Shown: positions 30,590 through 43,300 of the stretch, one piece after another
How the letters are laid out: every line of letters begins with the position of its first letter
How positions within the stretch are numbered: the first letter of the stretch is position 1
Assembly: GCA_012295275.1 (NCBI GenBank)
Contig: CM022669.1
Coordinates: forward strand, 3,410,001-3,474,000
DNA from: Chrysomallon squamiferum
Taxonomy: Eukaryota; Animalia; Mollusca
DNA: 64,000 nt
Direction: 5' to 3'
Notes under the pieces: model-generated
Databases searched by the model: none
Told to the model about the DNA's origin: nothing
Seen by the model: the letters and a program-made list of their open reading frames with translations, nothing else
Made by a program: the position numbers and the translations under genes

Positions 30590-31507
30590 CTAAATTTTAA
30601 CAGTTACAAATACCTCGTTATACTGTCGCATCAGTGGATTATTATTACTATGGAAAACTTTCCGTTTAAGTGAGATCCATAAAAATCAGATAACACACAA
30701 CACAGAGTAAAGAAATACCAACGTTAAGTGTGCAAACATAAACATTTCTACTGCATGTCCTACCATAAATAACCTACATCTGTGCTTCTGTGAACAGGAA
30801 ACATATAATGTTACTACTACTGTACATGCAACTCTATCAATACTGAGGCAAGAAAAACCTGCTGACAGTATTTAACATAACCAACCAATATCTATATTTA
30901 AAAACAGTAGTTTACTACTGTAGTACTATAGTAGTCGTAATAGCAATAGTAGTAATAGGCCTTTTAGTATTAGTAACAGAAAAGTGTATATTTAAATATT
31001 GTTTGTTTTATACATAAACATTAACGATATTACTATGAATTGTACTATACGGTTCCGAAAATGTACACAACCGTTTATATATATATATATATATATATTA
31101 AAATAAAAAGAAAAGTAAAAGGGCACATTTCAATTATGTGATGAAGTTCAAAATCCAGTAGAAAAAACAAGGTTCAAATTACATTTATGCTAATTTTTTT
31201 TATAAAATTAAACAGTGTTTAATATATAACTGAACGCTCTCCTTTGATTATGTTACTACAATATAACAGAATATAGCAAAACGGTTTTACTTACGCTAAG
31301 TTTGCTTATTTTTCGTGTTGTTAATTCAGTTAATAGAGCACGCGCTGCGGTCCCGGATCTAATGAAACGGATAAAAGGATCGGCTCTCTCCCGTTTGCCT
31401 TCAAAACGGATGCGGTATCTCAGATACGGGGGGTGGGGGGTGAGGGATTTAGAATTTCACAAAATTGGACATTATCGCGCTGAGGATATGATTTTAAAGA
31501 GTTCTAA

Positions 31508-31564
<57 letters not shown>

Positions 31565-31694
31565 CATAATCATAGAAGAAGAAGAAATAATAGATAAATA
31601 AAATAGTCTCATTAACTACTTTGTATAACTTTATCTGAAACAATATTCCGTAAATTAGACTTATAATAATAACATCAATAACAACAACAACAAC

Positions 31695-31757
<63 letters not shown>

Positions 31758-33688
31758 CGTCACAAAAGAGTTTAGGGCGGACAACCGCGTGTTGTCCGTT
31801 TTTCCGTGATAAAAATTCTAAATGACAAGAGATACATATTCGTACATTGCGGATGTTTTCGTTTTCATTTTAATATAACATCCACTGCATGTGTAATATA
31901 TTTTAAGGAGTAAAAATTTTATGTGTGCATGATTATAATATTGCATGTATTTATTATCTCGCCTTTTTTGTTCAGCTGAGTCAAAGACTACATATGTGCT
32001 TATTTTTTGTTTGTTAAACAATTTCTTTTATTTGCTTTGTTCAAGACGAATTTCTCCATATCAGCTTTATTAAGTGAAATGTTTATAACTGCTACAGTTT
32101 GTGTCTGCGCGTGCATGTGTATATGTGTGTGTGTGCCCGTATGCCTATGTGCCCATGTTTGTGTTTGTTTGGGTGCTCATATATCTTTAGTTCATTTAAA
32201 AATATTAAGACTACACTAAAAATGTGTTTAATCTGAAAAACTATCAAAATAAAGTAAATATATAAATAAAATTTAAAAGAAGAAAAGAAAGGAAAAGTTT
32301 TATTTACATTTCAGATAAAAATATAGATATTTCTACGTCTATGTACACCTACACACCCTTTCTTTTGACTATATTTTTTTCTGGAAAAGCCTGTAAATCA
32401 TTTGTAATGATTCTGTTCTGTACATAAATTCATAGTTAATCACAACTCAAAAACATCATCCTCTTTCTTAAAAATAAATAAAACATGCCTTTAATATGAA
32501 GATAGGTAAAATAATTAAGACAGCTCGGCAAATATGATAAGCACTTATTACAGTATTATAATTAAATGAAATAAAGTTATCAATCTGTACAAATTTCATA
32601 ATGCACCATTTGTGAAATTTATAGACAAACGTACATGACATCTACCTACATACACTTTAAATATGTAATATATACATAATTTCTGAAATATTAGTTATAA
32701 TAAATTAGCTTTCAAAACAGTTCATTAAAAATTCTGTACAAATATAGATACACACTCGATTTGTGCATGCTGACGTACATTTTTTAAACTGAGGCTAAAA
32801 TTAGCATTGGGTATTGAAATTCCAACCCCCACCATTCCAGTAAACTGGCTGGCCACATGTAAAACTGTGAGCCCTGTCCTCTCCTTAAATTGTTTACACT
32901 GCAGCATTTCGTGCACGAGTTCTTCATGCTACACGTGTACTCAGTATTTCACTGAAATAATTATATTTCTCCTCTGATCCCATGACAAACATAGTGCATG
33001 TTAATTAATCACTGTGTCAGATATAGAATATATCATACATGGGATAGCATGCTTAGTCCACAATACCCTGTAGTATCACAGATTAAATATATAATTTGTA
33101 ACAATGCTGTTGAATTAATTCATTTACAAATCTTTATAAAAAAAGACATGCTTGCTTTATAAATTATGTAACCTGACAACTCACAAATTGGTAAAGTGGT
33201 AAGATAAAGTTATATAATAAAATTCGAAGCCTTTGAGCAATTCATGAATTGGCTAATAAAACAAAATGTTATCCATTAATTAAAATATTTTGCTATTTTT
33301 TTTTAAAGAGCCAGAGAATAAAATGTAGTTTGAGAATTGATGCAACTTGAGTCATTTCATGAAACAAACTCTTTGCTATGTGAGAAAATGTATGTTCTTG
33401 TCAATTAAAAATAATAAGGTGTACTATCATGTGACCATGCTTCAACTGATATTAACATAACATGCAGAAGCATTAATACATGTCAGTATTTGTGTTTTAA
33501 CGGTTTTAGCTGTATTTTTTATTGTTGCCAGCTTTTTCTTTTTTTTCCCCAGACACACAACTAGACCATGTTCTCTGTCCTTCCTTCTCTCACTGTATCT
33601 ACATACAAACACACAAGACAATCATTTCATGTTCCTGTAGCAAGAAGACAAGATGTAACAGAACGTTACTGTTACAGTTAGAATTTTA

Positions 33689-36600
33689 TCACCTTTTGTT
33701 GACAGATGATTGTGACAGTGCTGTAGATGGATTGTCTGAAAAGCAAAAAATAAAAAGTTTAAAAAATCAATTTAGTCTTCCTTTGTATGAGATAAAAATA
33801 TATAAAACAGGGTTAAAAATTAAGAAATAGCATATTTTCTATTAACACTGAGAAACAAAAATTAAGAAAGCTGAAATATTTGACATTTTTAAACTCTAAA
33901 CATTGTTTATATTGTTTCAACTGTCCTTATGTCTATTATTAGAATTATATGTATGTAACATGTATAAGCTGGCATTGTCATACAAGTAACTAGAATGTTG
34001 TTGTTTTGTTTTTTTGTGTTTTTTTTAACAAATGTATAGATACAAACCTGAATTTTGTTTTGCAGATATGTTATGAGAACCATTTTTCACTGAATGTAGA
34101 TGGTGTTGGTCGTTTGCTCCTATATGGTACTTTTCACTTAGCATGTCAATAAAGTGATCATCTGAGCTACATGAAGACATGTGCACATCACTTTCATACA
34201 TTATGCTTTCGCTTTCAGTTCTGTGCGGAACTCCTACAGTTTTGTCATTCTTAACATGCATCTTCTGCAACATCCGATGATTCTTTTCAAATGGACTTAA
34301 CTGAGAAGATGGTTTGGCTGGAGACTTCCCATCCAAGAGAACACCGCCTTTCAGTGGTACAAATGAGTCATCAAGAGAGGAAGGTCCATCAGAGACCTCA
34401 AATTCATCTAGTTGTGAAATATCTTGTCCAGTTCTTCTGAATGCACTGTGAGATGCTGAATGTTCATTATTGTGACTCTTTGGTTCAAACGGAGAGAAAG
34501 AAACAAGTTTTGCAGATGAAACCTCTTCAGGAAATTTCGCTTTGTGAAACTGGCCTGAATCAGAACTAAACGGATTGCTGTTTGTTGTTCTGTATTTGTC
34601 GTCATTAAACTGTGATGACTTCACAGCAAAAAGCTCATCCAGTGAACTCAGCAGCGCAGACTGGGAGCTCTCGCTTCTCACTGCTGAATCAAGTGAATGA
34701 TTTTCAGGAGGAGACTGTGGACTCTGATCATCACTCTGCACAGGTGAGACTGGTGAATGATTTGAAAGAGGAGACTGGAAGCTTCTGTCATCCCTTCTGA
34801 TAGATGGATCTGTTATGTCAGCCAAACCTGCAGTGTGTGATTCTGTTGGCTGTAAATCTTCATCTTGTGATCTGTTCATCTGTCTGACTGTAGCTAGCTG
34901 AGTCTGACCACCAGAAGCTCCAAACACAGGTGTTAAGTAGTCCTCACTGTCAGACTGCCATTCTCTCAGCTCACCTTCAAGATCATCATCAAAAGCTGGA
35001 AATTCTTCTTTCTCTAGCTCGTAGTCTAGTTTCAAATCACTGAAAAGTGTCTGAAAACTGGAATTTGCACCATCTGCTTTTCTAATTTTGGATTCTGATG
35101 TAAAAACACCAAACCCAGGATACGTCTTGTTTTCCATACCCAAATCTGTCTGTAGCACTTTAGTTCTCTGAGTCTCTGAGCTTTCAGACAGTTCAACAAC
35201 AGCAGCACTGTTGTTTGCTTCAGTGTCTACACCATCTTCATTCAGCTCACCTCTTAATTCTGGAGAAACTGCTAAATAAATATATTCAAAAAAATAAATA
35301 ATTATTTAAAACATTAGTGAAATTTTAAGAAAGTAGATATTAAAGTTTTACAAATCTTCTTCATATAATAATCTCAGAAGATAGCTATTCACTAACTGGA
35401 AGTCAATTTACAGATTACATTTATGCTCAAAAAAGTGTACCATTATTTTTACTAAATTGACTAAAGCAGCATTGGCCAAAAACAAAATGTACATAAATTA
35501 CGTACATTACATACATTTTATATATCTACAAACACACACACATCTGTATGTGTGTTTCATTAGACTGCTGAAATATATTCTAAAATAAGAATATTAATAA
35601 AAATTTAAGTTAAGAAATGACTCTGAGTACTTCATGATGGAAACATGTTAGATATTAATATTTATTAGCCACCTGTGTAGTATCAAGGAGATATCAGATT
35701 AATAACAAAATGAAAAATACCTGCTGTCCTCTCAGGTTGTGTATCTTCAGTCATAGTGAGCTGTTTGCGTGCGGTCCTGTTGTGCTTGTCGTGATCTTCC
35801 ACTGCCTCACGAAACAGTTTGCGTAACTGAGGCTCCAGGGGGCTTCTTGCAATGCGATCTTTTGATACAAATGCATCCTGGCCTGAAATATGTTACGTAT
35901 TAAATAAAATTTACAATACTGTTAGAAAACAATTCATGTTCAAAATCATTTGTATAACTGAATTTTTTTTAATCAAATCCAAAGAAACAGTTATTTATTG
36001 TGTAATAAAGGAAATTATTCTTCAGTTAAAATGTATAAAATATTAATAATTGTTTTAATTAAAGAAAATAGAAAATGGAAAAAAAAAGGAAAACACTCAT
36101 GTTTTACAAGATTATTATTTAGTTAGAATTTTGGATTTAAGCATTTTTGAATGTAACTGGTATAAAAAAAATTAAAAATTATCTTATATCTAAATCTTTC
36201 CTTTATCTTACGATAAAAAAAATAAATAAATAAAAAGTAAAAATAAAAATAATAATATATAAAAGAAATAAAAAGTTAGGTAAATGTAGTTAGGTAAATG
36301 TTTAATAAATCACTTCACTTTTAACATTGGCTAAACAACTATTTAAGAACTTAGGAATAACAATAAATGTAACAAATAAATATTTGTAAAAGTTTTTTTT
36401 ATATATAATTTACAGAAAGTTTAGAATATTCTTAAAAACTGATTTCAGACTATTAACCCGTAACCACCTTAAAAAGATGAAGCCATTTACCATGATATTT
36501 AAAATGTCTTGAAAAAAATCATTAAAAATCATATTAAACAATTTCTGAGAAAAAATAAAGAAAACTGTAAAAAATGTATAAAAGTAATATAAATAAATAA

Positions 36601-39600
36601 ATAAAGAAAGAAATAAAGAAAGGAATAGAAATAAAAAGTAAAAATGAAGCAAATCTTAGTAATGAAATGGTAGGGGTTTTTTTTTCGATAGGGAGACGCG
36701 AGGAATGAAAATGCATTATGAAAGAATCTAATAAAACAGAACACTCAGCTTTTACTTATTAAATTAACAGATGTTATGTCAACCCAACTCACTTATAGCA
36801 GCACAAGGATTTTCCAGATTTATGTCCATAAGAGTGGAGATTTCAGGAGGAGATAACCCAGACCGACGCAGACTTTCTTCCAACCTAGAAACTTCAGCTT
36901 TTAAATCAGCTTCCTGCTGCATTACAGCAGAGACTATCTGCAAAACAATGCACTTGTATTAACGTATGCTTCTGTACTGTCAGATGTGTCTGTCTCTCTG
37001 CATGCACGTACGTGTGTGTGTGTGTGTGTGTGTTATTTATGCAAGGTGAAAAGTGTAGGAAAAAAAAAAACTGCTGAGTTACTGCCAAAGCATTCCACTT
37101 CTTCCAGCATCTGTCAATTGTAAGTTTTACAACTATACTTATTGTCACTACTTCACTCAGTATCTCTCTCTCACAGAACACAGATTTTTCAGTCTGATTA
37201 ATGATTTAAAAATACAAGAAAAAAATCCTAATGGCTATTAAATGAAAAGATCTTTATAAAACAAAAAATAACAACCACAATAATAATTAACAACAGAAAA
37301 ATCACGTAAAAAGAAAAGGCATTTGTTGTTACTATTTGTTTTAATTCTCACCTTTTCTGCAAGAATATCATGTGCATTTGAAATGACTCGCTGTGATGGA
37401 GTCAGACGTCCTTGTTGTGATGTATCTTTGTGATTAACAGACGTTCTGTTTGGCGTTGAAGGAGGTGATGGCAATTTTGAAGGTGTTGCTGTTGGTGTTT
37501 TATCATTAACAGAGACTCTACTGTTTTCACCTAATGCTAGCTGTGTGGTGTCATCAACAGAATGTCTTCTAACAGGTTTGTGTTGCCATGACCCTGACTG
37601 TTTGTAACTAAAAGTCTTACATGGAGTACTGTCTTCTCGTTCTACTTCAAGTGTGTCGAGCCCAGCTACTGAATTCTGATTTAAAAACAAGTCCAGGGTG
37701 ATTAAATTAAAAAGAATATAAATAAAAAATGAAGAATAGTATCTGAAGCAATGTTCTAGACTAGTTAAAACTATAACATTTGTTAAACACATTTGAAGTC
37801 CATGCATTAGTTTAGAAAGTGGTATTCTAATTTTAAATTTAAGTTTCAAATTGTATAATGAAAATAACTGAAACCCAGTCAGAAAATCATTCTGGTTTTT
37901 TTCAAATTAAGAATAAAAACATAATCCAAACATAACATTGATATACATCAATAGTTTTTAACATGAAATGTAACAGAAAAAATATATAAATAAAATTAAT
38001 AAAAAAGATTCTACATACATATAAAGTTAAAAAACGAATTTCAAATAAAAGTAAACATATCCATGTCTACTACAGTTTTCAAGCAACAGTAACGAATATT
38101 TACATTATTAGATGATAAATCAGATGCTGAACCAGTACGTCTTTTGGGTATATTTCTATCAGTTTTCAGTGGAACATCTCTCATCTGCTGTGACTTTACT
38201 GATTGAGGAACATCTCTCACCTGATGTGTCTGCACTGATTGAGGTACCTTTGTCTTCTTTATGGGATTGGTCAGTTTCACTTTGTTCTTTAAACTGGCCA
38301 TTCGTCTTTCATTCATGAATTGATCCACCTGATTTCTATTTCAGAATGAAAAAAAAAGTATTTTAAAACAACTGAAGGAATTAATAAATGAAATGATTAT
38401 CACAAATTTATTACTTGACTGTCAGAATTTATTATCAGTAAGTACTGATCTCTAGGTACAATTAAAACAATATCTTTTTCAACATAAACCAAATAATCAA
38501 ATATATTTAAGTTAATTCATTAACACAGGCATTAGGATTCTAATTATAAAACAGTATATCAATGCTACAAAGATAGCAGATTTTATTTTCTTCCTATAAA
38601 AATAAATAGATCATTTAGATGGAAATTAAAACTGATATATGTAGATTTAAAATTGTAGTGCTGGTTTTTTGTTGTGTTGTGTTGTGAAAGTCCAGTGATA
38701 AAGATTCCTATGTATTCTTTTAAACTGTGCACTGAATAAGAGCTATAACATGAAAATGTCAATAGTTCAGTTTTATAACATTCTGTTGCTACCTGTTTTC
38801 AGCAGAAGGTAAGCCCTGCATTGCTAGTTTGGGAGCATAAACAGGACTCCCCTGAAACAATCGGCGTGACCCTTTTCTTGCTGACTGGGCAACTGTTTCC
38901 AGGATACTCGCAGCTGCTTCAGGTGTAGTATCTGGAAAAACAAAACATTTAAATCAAAACATTTATATAAAATAATAACAACAACATCTATCCACACCCC
39001 ACAAAATAGAAACTACAACACAAATTATGCCAGAAACATCTTTCTGGACTGAACAGTAAGTGAATATCTGACAACACCTAAAGATAAAATTACAACATTC
39101 ATTATATGTCATACTGTGTTAATATATGAACAAGTTAATAAATCAGCATAAAACTAATACTAGAAGTTTTGGTGAAAGTCAAAAATGGCCATAAATATAT
39201 TTTTAAAATGTTATTTTATTTAAAACTTGCTAATAATAAAGTATGAAAAAAAAAAAAAAATGACTGTAAGGTCAATATATTCTTTCTTCGTTTTTAAAGA
39301 CACAAAATGTAAAAGAACACATCTAAAACACACACACACTTAAATTTTATTATTTGAAAAGAGTGTTTTCCAGCAACAGTTAAAACAATTTAAAGGATAA
39401 AATATATATATTTAGGATATTTCTGTCTTTTCACTAGAGATTTTCTTAGGCTTGAAATATTTGTGGTATTAATATTAAAGAGACATGATAAATTTTTAAT
39501 ATTATGGGGTTGTTTTCTTTTAGTAGTTTTACTTATGAAATACCTTTTTCTGGCTGCTGTGAGAAAGCAGTGATTCCTAAGTCAACATCGGCAGACTGTT

Positions 39601-40311
39601 CTACTGGAGTGAACGACATTGCTGGTGATGGAGTGGTAAGTCCAAAGCCCAATCTCTGTTAGCAACAAACACAAAAACATTTGAAGAAAATCGTCTTTCC
39701 ATACAGAACAGCAGCATATTCTGATTTTTATATATTTACATTATGTTTGTTCTTATCTTTAATCTAATCATATAGAGTACACTGTTTGCATTTAATTACA
39801 AATACTTTTCTTTTTCTTTTGTGCTCCACTTAGAACTGCGACACAAACATATTAACTGTTTGTCATTATTATTATTATTATTATTATTATTGCTTGAATT
39901 TACAGATTATTATTAGTTATGAATTGCAAATTGTACACAAATACATACATATTTCTATCAATTTAGTTAATATACATATATATTATAACCAAACCAAAAC
40001 AAATATACCAAAAATAAACATAAAAATAAAAATATAAAAATTAGAAATTTTAAAGTTAACTTGAAAAAGAAAACAAATAATATTATAACCATGCAATAAA
40101 TAATTAACCTAAAAATAAAACTTCTTTAAAACTTTAAATTGGCAAGATGAAAAAATTGCTTTTATTTTACTTTATTTTTAAATTACAAGTTTTTAAATGT
40201 ATTTGTAATAAGACCTATAGGTTCTTTTAAGACATCATAATTATTAAATTATCTTTGATGGTATAAAGGAAATAGTCTAAATATATGAATAAATAAAGTT
40301 GTGATTTTTAA

Positions 40312-40347
<36 letters not shown>

Positions 40348-43300
40348 TTTTATTATTATTATTTTTTTTTTTTTAATTCCCACACCCTCTAATAAAAAGT
40401 TTCATATTCCCAAGGTATGATTTTACTGTTTTGGGCAATCTATTATCACTCAGAGTAAAGCAAGACAATAAAATAATCCTGCTATATTTGATGCTGTCAT
40501 TTTACCCCTGTAAAAGGAATTGTGACACTGTTTATGTTGCATTATTACAAACCTCTGTACTTCTTTCGACAACACAAGAAGTTTACAATGCACAAAAAGA
40601 AACATGGCAATGCACAACATACTTTAAACAACTTCTGATGTTGTATTTAGAAGCAGACAGCATAATAAAATATAAAAAATTAAAAAAAAGTATTGTTAAA
40701 TAAATAAATAAATAATGTAAGAGAACTCAAAAGAATGGAGAATATATTTAGAATATATTTTTCCTACTGATCACCAAAGATACATTTATAAAAAAACAAC
40801 AACATTTTTTTGAGAAAAAAACAACACATTAAACAAATCAACAACAACAACAAAAATCAAACTTTCCATGGTTCTGGGTTCAAGTCTAAATTTTGTAATC
40901 TGTAACAAAGTAAATTTTAAGCTCTAACAGGCAGGAATAATTTTTTATTTTTATTATTTTGTTTAAGCTAGATAAACATTCGTAACAGCTTTTAAGAATT
41001 ATATTCTGCAAATTCATGGATAATTTCTTTTTGAAAAAGGCAGAGAGATTAATTATAAATGTTAAAATTTAGTTCTTTAAATTTTGACAGTTGTTTGTAG
41101 AGGTTCCAGTGCATGCAATAACTGTGAGTAGAAACCCAGTCACAGATATACTTTAAAACTGAGTATTGTTCAATTATAATGAGCCACTAGCTAGAATAGG
41201 AGACTGAAACGTACTTTAGACTTGGGAGTTTTCTTTTCAGTGCCTTGATTTTCCAGCTGTTCTCGGAGCTCATCAATCCGACAGAGACATGGTCCTATTT
41301 CACTGGTAATCTGCGACCTGTAATGATAAAAAATGGGTATAAATTAAACACAGACAAATGTGCACATAACACAGAAATATTGTTTACATACATAATGTGA
41401 TATATTTATTATACATATAATGGAAAAAAAAGATGAAAAAAAAGAGAATTATTAAAAATTAACATACAATAACAATATTAATATTGTGTTGCTACAAAAA
41501 GTTCCAATCAGATTAAGAATAATCGTAGTTTCCTCTTGAAATAAAAAAATATATTATTAAACATTTTAAAGAAAAAAATCCAAAAATAAATGTTCCACTG
41601 AACAGATTAAGAGTAAATCATTTTACATATTTTTTAGAAGATATACCTGAAGGTTTCTGTGTTGGCTAAAGATGCCTGAAGTGTATGAAGCTGTGATCTA
41701 ACTTTCTCAACTTCATTTTCAAAATTAGGTACACCAGCTGTCAAAACAAAATACACAATAACAATAATAACAATAATAATAATAATAATAATTTTAATAA
41801 AACAATGAAGTTAGTGAGAAGTGCATTTTACACAATATTCCATTAACATCTTCATCACAGATTGAAAACAAACATTTAATACTGTCTATGATATGAGTTT
41901 AACTATGAAACATATGGAGTATACCCAGGTATATTAAGATTTTAAACATTTATTTTAAATAGTAAAAATAGTAAAACAATTCTAATGGAAGATGAAAAGA
42001 ACTAGTAAATTAAGATTTATCTACCCTGATGAAGTCTTTCAATGTAGAGATGCAAAGAGAGATTCCAGAGCTGTACGACACTAACAAGATTTAATTTTCC
42101 TCCTTCATATATGTTATCAACATGTCGCTGAAATAACAAATTAATAATGCATATATTTGCAACATTATATTACTTATATATACAAAATAACAAAATAAAA
42201 TACTATTCATAACATTTGATAATAAAATAATCAGAACCCTTTGTATTATTTACAAAGTATGCATAATATTTTAATAATAAAACGCTATGTCACATATACA
42301 CATAATAGTTACAAACATATTTCATATCAACTGAGGGACATCTTACTAATGCCACACAGTAACATGTTGTCACTCAACATTTAGGATGAACAAGATTAAA
42401 AAAAAAAAGGTAATAAATAAATAAATAAATAAACTTATCATACCCTGTGTATTTCCTGCTCACATTCCCTTAATAAAAGATCAGGAACTTTGACACTGAA
42501 ATTGTTGGAGTCTATCTGGTGCGTCTGAAGTGTCCGATCCAAAATGGATTCAATAATTTCCTTTTCACGAGTTGCTTTGCTGTAATCAGACAGCTGTTTC
42601 CACATGTCTTGAACCTGTTAGGAAATCAATGAATAATTCAAAGATAAAAACCACAAATATACAAAAAATAAATAAATAAATGAGTACATTTTTTTTTAAA
42701 TTACATGAAAACATTTAAAAATGATTAAAACAAAACAAAAAGCTCAGGAGATTTTATTTTTTTATTATACATGAAAAAAACATCACAAACCTTATGAAGT
42801 TTCTGTGCTCTTTTGATTGACTGGGAATCGAGTTCAAAAGTACTTGAATTTCGATTCTTTCTTGCATAAGGACTAGAAGAATGAATGGAAAAAAAAACAT
42901 ATGATAAATATATAATTTTTATACACTTTTTAAAAACTGAAAAACAATTTTAACACCATCAAATCATGAAATTTGTACACCTATTTAAATTGTAAGAACA
43001 GAATAATACACTGTCACTTTTGTTGATCTAATGATAACATAACCAATGTGTTTCTAAGATCAAACCCAGCAGGGAATGTTTGTAAACACAATTTGAGTTA
43101 CCTGGATGTTACTTTCTCTGCTGAAATCTGTTGAAGTTCTCTCACTTCTCGCTCCAAATCTCTGATTATCTTAGTTAACTTTCTATGGTCTTTTACTAAT
43201 TCACTGAAAAAAAATTAAAAAAAAATTAAGATAAAATAAAACCATACTGAAAAATTATTTTTTTGGTGCTTTCAGTTTTTAAAAATTATCTGATTTAAAC

